In this document: positions 30,581-41,018 of the stretch, piece after piece
How the letters are laid out: the number at the start of each line of letters is the position of its first letter
Numbering within the stretch: position 1 is the stretch's first letter
Source: an uncultured Candidatus Peribacteria bacterium
GTDB taxonomy: Bacteria; Patescibacteriota; Gracilibacteria; BD1-5; UBA2023
Assembly: GCA_964540725.1 (NCBI GenBank)
Contig: CAZINU010000004.1
Span: 12,233 to 76,232, forward strand
Direction of reading: 5' to 3'
DNA length: 64,000 nt
Position numbers and translations under genes: made by a program
The notes under the pieces: generated by a model
Told to the model about the DNA's origin: nothing
Database searches by the model: none
Seen by the model: the letters and a program-made list of their open reading frames with translations, nothing else

Positions 30581-31321
30581 ATGAACGAACTTTTCCCCAA
30601 CCCGCTCCCGTTCGTATCGGACCTTCTCGGTTCGGTCGCGACGTCCGTATCGTCCGGTTCCGGCGTGGACCTCCTTATCAAGGCCGTCGTCGCGTATCTC
30701 ATCGTCGTATGGGCCGCGTTCGTCATCTGGGTCGTCCGCGACATTACGAACCGTTCGGAGAGCCTGATCATCCAAACGTTCAGCATCCTCCTCGTCGTCG
30801 CGTTCACGCCGGTATTCGGCGTTCCCATCTACCTGCTCATCCGCCCGCGCACGACCATTTTCGAGCGGTACTACGAAGAAGTCGGGCTCGCCGAGGGCGG
30901 AACGCGCATGTGCGACCGGTGCGAGCGCGAAGTGGGGGAGAGCTACCGGTACTGTCCGTACTGTCGGAACGAACTCCTCGCCGCATGCCCCGAATGCGGG
31001 GAACTCGTGGAACATGACTGGGAACACTGCGCGTTCTGCGGAACGAATATCGAGGAGGCGAAAAAACGCAAGCGCGACGAGGCGTATCGGAAGGCGTCGA
31101 AACCGGTTCCCGCAAAGAAGCTGACCGCCTCGAAGAAAGCTCCGTCGGAAGCCGGAGTGCCGGAGTCGTCCGAACCGGTCGGTCGCGAACTCGAATCCTC
31201 GACCGACGAAGCCGGAGCGCTTCCCGGAACGTCCGAATCCCCGGAACCTTCGAAAGAACCGAAGACTCCGGACGTGACGGTCGGCGAGGTTCCGGAAATT
31301 TCCCTCGGAAAAAAGAAGTAA
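30581..31321 (+). CDS. Membrane protein with a double zinc-ribbon domain
   Basis: Two TM helices, then CDRC...CPYC...CPEC...CAFC. TAA stop. Confidence 0.6.
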   Translation: MNELFPNPLPFVSDLLGSVATSVSSGSGVDLLIKAVVAYLIVVWAAFVIWVVRDITNRSESLIIQTFSILLVVAFTPVFGVPIYLLIRPRTTIFERYYEEVGLAEGGTRMCDRCEREVGESYRYCPYCRNELLAACPECGELVEHDWEHCAFCGTNIEEAKKRKRDEAYRKASKPVPAKKLTASKKAPSEAGVPESSEPVGRELESSTDEAGALPGTSESPEPSKEPKTPDVTVGEVPEISLGKKK

Positions 31322-31341
31322 CCTCCCGATGGACGTACACG

Positions 31342-31369
31342 AAAAACCTCCCTTTTCCGGGAGGTTTTT
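31342..31369 (+). terminator. Intrinsic terminator
   Basis: aaaaacctccc-ttttcc-gggaggttttt, 21 nt after the stop codon. Confidence 0.65.
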
Positions 31370-31413
31370 CGGTCGTTTCGGCGAATTTCGGTCGTTTCGG
31401 CGAATTTCGGTCG
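31367..31413. repeat. 19-bp tandem repeat, about 2.5 copies
   Basis: tttcggtcgtttcggcgaa occurs at 31367-31385 and 31386-31404, with a partial third copy. Confidence 0.85.
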
Positions 31414-31522
31414 GAAGGGGGTTCGCGGTCGGTCGTTCGAAATCGGTTTCCGGCTTATTCGGCGCCCGCGGAAAATCCGGAGGCATTCCGCGGGATTCCT
31501 CGCCCGCCGTCGAAACTCGAGC

Positions 31523-31621
31523 TTACGCGCCCGTAAAGAATACCGACGCGGTCGGAATAACGATGGACAGTATGAGGATTGCGACGATGGCGATAATGCC
31601 GTATTTGCGGATTTTTTCCAT
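31523..31621 (-). CDS. Possible 32-aa single-pass membrane peptide
   Basis: MEKIRKYGIIAIVAILILSIVIPTASVFFTGA, starting 13 nt after the upstream stop. TAA stop. No SD. Weak support. Confidence 0.25.
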   Translation of the reverse strand: MEKIRKYGIIAIVAILILSIVIPTASVFFTGA

Positions 31622-31633
31622 AGGACGGAGGGG

Positions 31634-34327
31634 TTAGGGGGCGGAAGGAACGGGAGCGTCGTATTCGACGCCGTTCACGATAATCTTTTTTCGTGAAAAA
31701 TCGAGCGTCACCGATTTTGCGGAGGAAAGTCCTTGCCGCATAATGGCCGATTCGACGTAGTCTCCGACCGACGCCATGATCGAAGGGAGGGCCGCGAGCG
31801 GAATCCTTTTCGGAACGATTTCAACGGAAACCGGAAATCGTTCCGTTGTTTCTTCGGAGTCGTACACCCGAATCGAAAGGGCGTAGAATTCGTGGGTTTG
31901 GAATACGTATTTTCCTGAAAACACGCCGAGATAGGCATTGCCGTTCGTGGAAGACAAGGGCTTCTTAACGCCGTTCAACGTAATGTCGTACGCGCCGGAA
32001 GCGGTTTTGGCGGTAACGTTGGCAATCGAAATCGGAAGCGCGTCGGCAACGTTCTTGAAGTCCTTTCGAATGAGTTCGCGGTCAACGAACAGAAGCATGC
32101 TCGAATCCATGGCGGGGACGGTTTTTTCTTCCTCGTTTCCTTGATCGGAAGTAACGGTGGCGTCCGTGACGGCGACCGCTTTGCTTCCGTCGAGATACGT
32201 GTTGACGAAGAAATTTTCAAAGAGGTACAGCGTCCGACGCGGATCGGTTGCGTCGATATCCGCAATCTTTTCGTCGAGCGAAGCTTTTTTGTCATCCAAT
32301 ACGACCGTCGTCCCCTTAAAACGCTCGTCTTTCTTCGTTCCATCGGTGATGACAAGCGAGTCTATGAGGTTCCCCTGGTCTGGAAAGAGTCGGAATTCGA
32401 AGGTTTTTCCGAGAATCGGAACCCGGACTGCGTAAAATCAGTCTGTAGTCGGATCGTTCATGACCTTCATCCCCGCCGCGTCGACGCCCTTGAATAAGGC
32501 GAGGTACGAACGGATGTCCTCCTCGGTCTTCATTTTCTCGGTAAATTCGATTCCGGAAAGGTTTCGGAAGTCTTCCGAAAGATCGAGTTTTTGTCGGTAT
32601 TCCGGGTAGTTTTGGATGGTTTCGAGCTGTTTTCGGACAGGGCCGAGAGAGCGTTCCAAGAGGTCGTAAGCATTGAGTTGTCCACCTCCGGTCGGCCCCC
32701 GGAACGTTTCCAGATATTTTTTCTTCTGAGCCTCGAATCCGGGTCCGGAGAACGTTTTTACGAGCGTTTCGAGCGATTTTTCGAATCCATCGGGCAGGTT
32801 CGGGGTCGTCTCGCCAACCAAATATTCCGGTCTCAAGACGGTCCCGATCTCGGTTTTCTCGAAGAACGTCTTGGAAATTCCGCTTCCGATTTGCCCGAAG
32901 ATTTTCGCGTAGACGTCGGAATACAGGAACGAGAGGATGGATTGCCGGGCGGCATCGTCTTTTAAAAGGGCATAATAGTCGTTCGAAACGTTCGTCAGGT
33001 TCGCGGCGATTCGAATTCCCGGCACCGTCATTTCGGAGCCTTCGCGCCGAAGGTATTCTTTTAGGAAGAACGAGAATGGGAGGAATTCGGAGGTTCGGAT
33101 CGATTTCGACCGGACCATCGCGGACATATATGAATCGAGCGAGTTTTCCAGTCGGGAAGCATCCCAATTTCCGAAATAATATGCGCCGTACATGGCCGAA
33201 AGGAGGGCGTAGTCGCCGTTTTCGATTTTAATCGACGGAAACGCTTTCGTCGCGACGGTCGTAAAGACGTCGGACGTGCGTCCGGAAACGAAGTAGGCGT
33301 CCGTTTCGCCGACCGTTCGGAACGACGAGAGGTAATACGCCGTTCGGACAAGCTCCCGCCCTTCGGTTCCGAGTGACGGACGGACGCCCTCCATTCGGTC
33401 CAACGTTTGGATAATTCGGTCCAACGTTTCTTTTCCGGAAGGGCATCCTTTGGTCTTTTTCGAATCGCACCCCTCTGAAAGGGCCAGGTCCCGAAGTGCC
33501 CGGATAAGTTTCGCTTTCAGGAGCGAGGCCTGTTTTTCGGGATTGACGAAGTACCATCCGAATTCTTCCGCGAAGTCGGGTTCCGGAACGGTTTCGGAGA
33601 GCTTGAGGAACTTCGCGTACGCTTCGGAGAAGCGGTCGGCCGAAGTCTTTCCGAACCGGAGATTTTTATCGAAGAAATCCCGTGCCTCGGTTCCCGTTCC
33701 GAAGAGCATATCGGATCACGAATCGTGGCGGGGATCGACATAGCGGAGGGTGTTCAATTGACTTACCCGAAGAACGTCGGCTCCCGCGATTCGATCGTTG
33801 TACCGGGGAGAGTATCCGAAATACGTGGAAGGGAAAATCGCGACCTCCGCAATCGGTTTTTTCCTGAGAAGCAATTCTTGGCTCAACAAGGCTGAGACCG
33901 AGAATATGCGGATTTCTTCCGGATTCGTCGTGTCGACGTAGAAGGCCCCCCGTCCGATTTGTGAAATTCGGAACGATTCGTGCGTTACGGAATACCGGTC
34001 GAAGATGTCCGACAGGTGAAAAAAATAGATTCCGCGCCCGATCCGGATCGTCTTTCCCGAAGACGTTCCGGTAATCGCTGGAGGCGTTTTTCCGAGATAG
34101 GAAACGCCCGAAATCGGAGAGAGGCGCAGATATCCGCCCGAAGACGTCGCGCCGCTTACGGAAGTTTCGTTCGGAGGGAACGGAAGAATCGAGACGCCCA
34201 AGGAAAGGTCGACCCCGGGGGTTTCGACGACGAGGCGGGCGGATTCCGATTTCGATCCTCCGACGGAAGCGGCGAAGAAGACCGCCGCGAAGACGATGAC
34301 CGAAAGAAAAAAGAGGAAGCGCTTCAT
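31634..34327 (-). CDS. Large secreted/anchored protein of unknown function (897 aa)
   Basis: Three ORFs (33716..34327, 32438..33709, 31634..32299) share one frame and are joined by TGA at 33716-33718 and 32438-32440. N-terminal MKRFLFFLSVIVFAAVFFAASVGG. TAA stop. Confidence 0.7.
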
Positions 34328-34353
34328 ATGGAGGAAAACGAAGGGAAAAACCG

Positions 34354-35478
34354 TTACCGATTATACCCCGAACGCCCGCCCGGAACAAATTCTTCCCACT
34401 TGCAATCCGTCCGGAGCGTGGTTTCGTAGGTCCGAACGGATCCGGCATCGGTTCGGACCGTGCCGATTTCCCGATTCCGATCGATTGAGTTTTGCGTAAA
34501 ATTCAAGCTTCCGACCCAGAGGCGCCGACCGTCCGCAAGTACCGCTTTCGCATGGAGCGCCGGTCAGGAAGAAGTCGTTACGGCCGCGGCGTTTCCGAGT
34601 TCCGACCGTATCTCGGGCACGTCTGATTTTTCCCGAAGGCAGACCGAAACCCTGATTCCGCCCCGGATTTTTTCCCGAAGAATCCGAAGCGTTTCGGCAT
34701 CCGAAAGGGAAGGTGCCAGAATTTCGAGACGCTCCGTCGCGTCCGAGAGGAATCCCCGGAGCTTTTCCCGCGCGTCGGAATCCGCCAGGTACGCCCGGTT
34801 CGGAACGGGTCCACGGTACGGGATTCCGGCGAAATCGGCCTCGAATACGGATCGGAGGAATCCCGCCATCTCCGGATCGTTTCCGAAAACGAAAAATTCC
34901 CGGTTCTTCGAAAAGCTCGTTTTCGCGTAGTTGGCGGTGGAAAACGAGTACGACCGCCCGTCGGCGACCAGGTATTTCGCATGGAAGTACGCGAAGGGGT
35001 CGTCCTTCGGGGCCCGCACATCCGCTCCGGCCGCGAGGAGCCGGTCCCGGGATTTTCGGTTGGCGTTCGGAATTCCGTAAACGTCCCGTTCGACGATCCC
35101 GCGAACCGACACCCCCCGTTTCGCGGCTTCCGAGAGGGCGCTTACGACGTCCGTGTCCGAAAGGACGTAGACGGTGAAAACGATTTCGCGTTCCGCGGAA
35201 TCCACGAGGCCGAGGAACCGCGCCTTCGGTTCGGGTCCCGGTCCGGCGAGGAAATCTTCCGAAATCTCCGTTTCGGCCCCCGTCCCCGAAAGCGCCGCGC
35301 CGGCCTTGTCCGGAAGGTTCGCCCGCACGTCCGGCCGCGTGGGGGATACGGTGCGAACGGATTCCCGGTATTCGGCGTACCGGGTTCCGAACGGGGTGAG
35401 CGCGAACGCGAACGCGAGCGTTCCCGAAACGAGCGCGAACGCGAACGCGCGGGGAAGAAAGTGTCGGGGAATCCGCAT
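34354..35478 (-). CDS. Phospholipase D-superfamily protein with two HKD motifs
   Basis: First HKD is FHAKYLVADG...STAN. TGA 34564-34566 read as Gly adds a second HKD, LHAKAVLADGRRLWVGSLNF. TAA stop at 34354-34356. Confidence 0.85.
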
Positions 35479-35482
35479 GGGC

Positions 35483-35767
35483 CTACCGAATCCGAAGGGA
35501 TATTCCGTTCCCGAAACCGAGTCTCGCCGCCGCTTCGGAGAGGCTCCGTTCGGCTTCCGGCCGAATCAGCGAGAATTCCGCCGCCGCGATCCGGCTGCCG
35601 AACCGGACGGTGACGGCGCCGTCCGCGTACGAAACCGATCGGATATCCGTTCCGACGGCGTCCTTTCCGTACCTCGAACACTCCTGGCGGACGACGGACG
35701 CGAAAAAGGCCGCCGCCGCCGCGGGATTGGAAAGGATGGGGGAGAGGTTTACGTTTTTTCCGGCCAT
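35483..35767 (-). CDS. DUF721/DciA-like small protein
   Basis: 94-aa ORF MAGKNVNLSPILSN...VSYADGAVTVRFGSRIAAAEF.... Overlaps the prmC end by 19 nt. TAG stop. The family call is tentative. Confidence 0.45.
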   Translation of the reverse strand: MAGKNVNLSPILSNPAAAAAFFASVVRQECSRYGKDAVGTDIRSVSYADGAVTVRFGSRIAAAEFSLIRPEAERSLSEAAARLGFGNGISLRIR

Positions 35768-36558
35768 ATCCGGTAGGTGAAGAATCGGGGAATGCCGAAA
35801 GGGTCGGCGAAGGTTCGGACGTCCCGTCCGGATTCGCGGGCGAAAGCTTCGATTTGGGGAAGGTGGTCGTGTCCGACCTCGCAAGCTACCCGGAAGCGCC
35901 CATTCGGGAACGCCGCCGCGAAGGCTTCGAATTCCCGAAGGAACCGGAGGGTCGTTTCGAACCCGGTTCCAGCTCCTCCGTAGAGGGCTTCCGGGGGTTC
36001 GTGCGCGGTGTCGGGGGAAACGTTCGGATCCCCGTCGCGAACGTAGGGGAGGTTCGCGACGAAAAACACGCCCGATTCCGGCTCCGGAGTCCTTGTCCGG
36101 CCGCTCCGAAGCGCCTCCAGAAGATCGCTTTCGACCCATTCCGCCGACACGCCGTTCGCCCGCGCGTTTTCGCTCGCGAGGGAGAGCGCGGTTCCGGAAA
36201 CGTCGAGTCCGACAATCCGTCCGAACGGAGCTTCGGCTCCGACGGAAACGGCGATGACGCCCGAACCGGTCCCGACGTCGACGAGGGTGGCGTACGGCTC
36301 CTCCCGGAGGGTGCGGAGGATTTCCCGGACGAGGGATTCGGTTTCGAAGCGGGGGACGAGCGCGCGTCGGTCGGAACGGAACCGGCGGTAAAAAAATTCC
36401 ACCCACCCGGTTTCGTAGGCGGAGGGAACGGGCGGCACTGCGTCCTGCCCGACCGGTTCCGGAATTTCGGAAGCGCGTCGCGGGGGGCGGCTGGATGTGT
36501 CGGACACGCCGGACCGGGTTAGGAATTTTCGAAATTCTTGCGCTCGAAGATGAGGCAC
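35749..36558 (-). CDS. prmC: Release-factor glutamine N5-methyltransferase (PrmC/HemK-like)
   Basis: SAM motif VDVGTGSGVIAV and a NLPY variant of the NPPY motif. Start uncertain. TAA stop. Confidence 0.7.
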   Translation of the reverse strand: MPHLRAQEFRKFLTRSGVSDTSSRPPRRASEIPEPVGQDAVPPVPSAYETGWVEFFYRRFRSDRRALVPRFETESLVREILRTLREEPYATLVDVGTGSGVIAVSVGAEAPFGRIVGLDVSGTALSLASENARANGVSAEWVESDLLEALRSGRTRTPEPESGVFFVANLPYVRDGDPNVSPDTAHEPPEALYGGAGTGFETTLRFLREFEAFAAAFPNGRFRVACEVGHDHLPQIEAFARESGRDVRTFADPFGIPRFFTYRIWPEKT

Positions 36559-37286
36559 GCGAACGTGAGGATGAGCGCGAGGTACGCCAAGGCGTGGAGC
36601 GCCGAGAAGCCGATGGCTCCGGAGGGGAGTTCCACGGCCGTCGCGATGACCGATTTCGGATGCGACAGGGATTCGAAATTCGGAAGGACGACGGAGAGGG
36701 CTTGTCCGAAGTATCCCAATCCGGCATTTTTCGTTTTTTCGGCTACGTCGAGAACGGCCTGGGCGCTGTGGCTCGATACGAATACCGCGAGCGAAAAGAG
36801 GATGGAGAGGATGGGCGAAGCGAACGTCGTGAAGAACAGTACGACCGCGAACGTCGTAAGGAGCTTGAGGTAGGAGAACGCCGCCGCGACGGCCAGCGTG
36901 GCACCGATCGCCATGCCCTTGAAGAAGAGGAGCCCCGTGAGAACGGCGGATTCCGCGAGGAATATGGCGAGGAGTACGAGCGCGAATCCGAAGAATTTTC
37001 CGAGGACGAACTCCTTCCGCCCGATAGGTTTGGACAGTATGAGGTAGATGGTCCGCCCCTCTATTTCCCGGTACAACATCTGGCCGCCTACGAACACGAC
37101 GGCGACGAGACCCGAGAGCTCGATCATGGAGAACCCGAAATCGAGGACGAGCCGTTCCGTTTGTCCGAGCGAGAGGGACGCGAGGACGAGCGAGAACAGG
37201 ATAAGCACGACCGAGAATACGAGGATGAGCACGAGCATGCGGCTGCGGACGAGTTCGCGGAAGGTGTTGAGGGCGATGTTGAACAT
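36519..37286 (-). CDS. ABC-2-type transporter permease-like membrane protein
   Basis: 255 aa with about 6 TM helices. The N-terminal MFNIALNTFRELVRSRM pattern is typical of this permease class. TAA stop. Confidence 0.55.
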   Translation of the reverse strand: MFNIALNTFRELVRSRMLVLILVFSVVLILFSLVLASLSLGQTERLVLDFGFSMIELSGLVAVVFVGGQMLYREIEGRTIYLILSKPIGRKEFVLGKFFGFALVLLAIFLAESAVLTGLLFFKGMAIGATLAVAAAFSYLKLLTTFAVVLFFTTFASPILSILFSLAVFVSSHSAQAVLDVAEKTKNAGLGYFGQALSVVLPNFESLSHPKSVIATAVELPSGAIGFSALHALAYLALILTFACLIFERKNFENS

Positions 37287-37290
37287 ATCG

Positions 37291-38232
37291 TTACGGAAGG
37301 TCGGCTCCGACGAACGCCGGGTGGCCGTTAATAAAATCGCGAATCGCGGAAGACGGGCGTCATTCTATTTTCACCCGCTTTAAAATCAAGGCGCCCGTTC
37401 CGCATCGGACGCAGGTTTCGGCAGAATGCCGGAAGACCCGCCCCGGGGGCAGCCCCGGCGGACATTCGGATTCCGGAAGGATTCCGCACGACTCGACGAC
37501 GAGGCGCTTTTCCCCGTACGACGAAAAAATTCCCGGCCACGGGGAGTACGCGCGAAGCGTCCGCCCGATCGATTCGGCCGACGAATTCCAGTCGATCCGC
37601 CCGGATTCCTTGGATATTTTGGAGCAGTACGTGGCTCGTGAAGCGTCTTGGGTGATCGGGACGACCCCCCCTTCGGTATCGCGCCGGAGCACGTCGAGCA
37701 GGAAAGTCCCCGAGCGTTTCGAAAACGTCTCGAAGAGCGATGCCGCGGTTTCGCCGTCCCGGATGGGGAAACGGTCGATTCCGAGGATGTCGCCTTCGTC
37801 CATGCCCTCGGACATTTCCATGATCGTCACGCCCGTTTCGGTTTTTCCGTCGCGGATGGCCGATTGTACGGGCGAAGCCCCTCGGTATTCCGGAAGGACG
37901 CTCCCATGGACGTTCACGCACCGGCGGAGGGGAGCGTCGAGAATCTCCTTCGGAAGGATTTTTCCGTATGCGGCGACTACGAAATAGTCGGCCCGAAACG
38001 ATCGGACCGTTTCGAGAAATTCGGCGTTCCCCCGGATTTTCAGAGGATCGAAAACCGGAATTCCCCGCGACTTCGCGAACGCCTTTACGGGACTTTCGCG
38101 AAGTTCGCCCGACCGCCCCACCGGGGCGTCCGGGTTCGTAACGGCGAAAACGACCTCCGTATCCGGAGCGTCCGAGAGGTCGGAGAGAATGGCCCGAGCG
38201 AAGTCGGGGGTGCCGAAGAAACCGATTTTCAT
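37291..38232 (-). CDS. fmt: Methionyl-tRNA formyltransferase
   Basis: MKIGFFGTPDFA...NVHGSVLPEYRGASPVQ motifs. TGA 37360-37362 is read through to TAA 37291-37293, giving a typical length of 313 aa. Confidence 0.9.
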
Positions 38233-38241
38233 GGGAGGGGG

Positions 38242-38949
38242 CTATTTTCTGAATTCGACGTCCCATTCCGTCCCCCCTCTCGAGAAGGTGAGCGTCACCG
38301 CGCCGACGGAGGTTCCGTCCACGTGGAATTCCTTTCTTCCGGACACGTTGCGTACCGAGAACGTTCCGTATGCCGCCGTGCCGGATTCGATTCGGGAGAG
38401 GACGAGCCGCGATTCCGGGGCCACGATGGAATTTCCGTTGTCATAAGGCCGGAAAACCACGCGGTTTTTCGGTTCGCCTCCGAAAAAGAACGAAGCCGAC
38501 CATTCGTCGTCGCGCCCCGGCGGGAGCGTGAAATCGAAGCTCCCGGTCGTCGCTACGACCCGTTCCGCAATATCGAAGAGTTTTCCGTTTTTCGAGAGCC
38601 GGAGAGCCCAGACGCCGGAGGCTCCGCCGCCGACGACGGCCGTTCCGGAGCCCGTCTCCCAATCGAACGCGGTCACGCTGCCGGATTCGGAGAGTCCGTA
38701 TCCGTCTTGGACGGCGACGAACCCGGGTTTGCCGGCTTCGAATCGGAGTTCGTACGATCCGACCGTTCCGTCGCGGACGTACCGATCGAATTCGGAGACG
38801 GCCGCCGAGGGGATCCGGAGGACGCGCTCGGTCGCCGATTTCGTCGCCAGGCGTTCGAACGCCGAGAACGACGCCGCCGAAACGACCGCCAAAACGGCGA
38901 CCGAGACGAGGAGTTCCGTAAGCGTGAACGCGTCGGGGGATTTCCGCAT
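38242..38949 (-). CDS. Prepilin-type N-terminal cleavage/methylation domain protein (pseudopilin)
   Basis: MRKSPDA-FTLTELLVSVAVLAVV signature. TAG stop. Confidence 0.75.
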   Translation of the reverse strand: MRKSPDAFTLTELLVSVAVLAVVSAASFSAFERLATKSATERVLRIPSAAVSEFDRYVRDGTVGSYELRFEAGKPGFVAVQDGYGLSESGSVTAFDWETGSGTAVVGGGASGVWALRLSKNGKLFDIAERVVATTGSFDFTLPPGRDDEWSASFFFGGEPKNRVVFRPYDNGNSIVAPESRLVLSRIESGTAAYGTFSVRNVSGRKEFHVDGTSVGAVTLTFSRGGTEWDVEFRK

Positions 38950-38950
38950 G

Positions 38951-40114
38951 CTATTTTCGGAGGGAGAGGATTTTCGTGACGAACAGCACGACCGCGATCA
39001 GGATAGCGAAAAGCAGGATTTTTCCAACCCGGTCGAGGAAGACGGCCGCCATGCCGAACAGGAACGAGATGGAGTAGACGAATTTCCGGATGAACGATTC
39101 GGTCATGCCGAGGTTGAGGAGTCGGTAGTGGAGGTGGTGGATCCGATCTCCCTTGAGCGGGCTTTGTCCCGAGAGGATACGCGCCGCGATGACGTAAAAC
39201 GCGTCGATGAGATAGACGCCGAGCACCGCGGCGACGGTCGCGACCTTTCCGCCGACCAAGATGGCGAGCGAGGCGATCATGAAGCTGACGAACATCGTTC
39301 CGCTTTCGCCCATGAGCATGCGCGGGGCCAATCCGTAGTACCACGCGAAGGCCGACGCCGGAATCATGACGGCCAATATCGAAAATACGAAGATCGAATT
39401 TTCCCGGAGGGCCGGCGTTTCGTCGGTGAGATAGAAGCGGACGGTCGAGACGGCGATGACGAGGAGCGCGATGAGAACGAGGCCGGACGTCAGTCCGGGG
39501 ACCCCGTCGGACCAATTGACGGAATTGAAAACCAGCACGTACCACGCGACCGTGAACAGGAGGGGGACGAGGTAGATTTTCAAATCCCCGAGCACGACGT
39601 AGTAGTTTTCGAGATTCATGATTCCCCCGAAGATTCCCGATACGTACCCGATCTTAATGCTCGTGAGCCCGATAATCGCGCCGACCGCGACCTGCATGGC
39701 GAGCCGGACTTTCGCGGGAACGGCGAATTTCGTTTTCCGAACCTTTCACAGTTCGTTCGACGTCTTCTTTACGCCGGTTTTTTCGTCGCGGTCGAATTTG
39801 CAGATGGTATCGAGATCGTCGACGAAGCTCACGAGCGAAACGACGAAGCCGAGAACGAGGAGCACGACAAGCTTGCTCCGCATGCCTTCCGGCATGACTG
39901 AAAGCAAGTAAGTCGAAAAGAGCGCGAAGTTCGCGAACAGGACGATGCCGCTTCCGAATGGGACGGGCGCCCGATCGTGGCCGTACGGGGCCGGATTATC
40001 GATGAGTCCGAATTTCGGAAACAGCGTCAGGACCGCCCGGAAGAGGGCGAACGAGATGAAGGTCGAAGCGGCTCCGAGAGCGAGGATTCAAGGGGTGGAA
40101 AAGGGGAGGTCCAT
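38951..40114 (-). CDS. Glycosyltransferase family 4 (MraY/WecA-like polyprenyl-phosphate sugar-1-P transferase)
   Basis: ATG at 40114. TGA at 40088-40090 and 39746-39748 are read as Gly. Motifs FGLIDNPAPYGHDRAPVPFGSG and NSVNWSDGVPGL. TAG stop. Confidence 0.85.
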
Positions 40115-40132
40115 GCGGTTTTTTGGAAGATT

Positions 40133-40915
40133 TTAAGTTTTCGACGAACGCTCGCGTTCCCGTTCCTCGAATTCTTTCTGTTTCTCTTCCAGGTAGCGCC
40201 GCACGTCATCCCGGCGAAAGGCCGCGACGTATGCCGCGAAGAGCGCGAGAATGCCGACGAAGACGTACCCGACGAAGTCCGTGACGGTGGCGTAGTACTT
40301 CGCGAAGACGACCCCGAGCGTGATGATCGTCGAAGCCCAGATAGCCGATCCGAGAAGATTGTACATCCAGAATTTTTTCGGATGCATTCCGGCCGAACCG
40401 GCGATGAACGGTACGAAAGCCCGGGTAAAATTGTGGAATTTCCCAAAAATGACGAACCAGGGACCGTTTTTTTCGATCTGCCTCTCCAAGTACCGAAGCT
40501 CCGTCCGCCCAAGCCCGAACACGTCCCCGTAATTTCGAAAAAACGCTTTTCCGTAGCGGATTCCGAGAAAATACCCGAGCGCGTTTCCGAGAATCGCGCC
40601 CATTGCCGCGACCGCGATCATTTCGCCGAGATGGGCTTTTCCGAAGAATCCCCCCACCAGGAGCATGACCTGCATTCCCGGGACGAGGACGCCGACGGCC
40701 GGGAACGATTCGACGACGGCGGAGGCGAAGGCGATCAGGTAGTTCCAATTTCCGAGCCCTTCGATGGCCGCGGCGACGGTCGAGATGGCCTGTTTGACCC
40801 ATTCCTTCTCGAAGATCGCGACGAACAGGAGGCCGACGAAAAGCGCGGTGAAGAGCAAATTCAGCGCGGCGACGAGGAATTCCGAAAGGCGTTTGAGGGC
40901 GGGGTGCTTCGGCAT
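40133..40915 (-). CDS. DedA/VTT-domain membrane protein
   Basis: ESFPAVGVLVPG...GKFHNFTRAFVPFIAGSAGM pattern. ATG 40915. TAA stop. Confidence 0.85.
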   Translation of the reverse strand: MPKHPALKRLSEFLVAALNLLFTALFVGLLFVAIFEKEWVKQAISTVAAAIEGLGNWNYLIAFASAVVESFPAVGVLVPGMQVMLLVGGFFGKAHLGEMIAVAAMGAILGNALGYFLGIRYGKAFFRNYGDVFGLGRTELRYLERQIEKNGPWFVIFGKFHNFTRAFVPFIAGSAGMHPKKFWMYNLLGSAIWASTIITLGVVFAKYYATVTDFVGYVFVGILALFAAYVAAFRRDDVRRYLEEKQKEFEERERERSSKT

Positions 40916-41018
40916 GCGTTTGTGGGGATGGTCGAACGATACCCAAAATACGCCCGTCCGCAAACGAAAAGCGACCGGATTTGAATCCGGTCGCTTCGGC
41001 ATCGGGAGACGGCATCGG

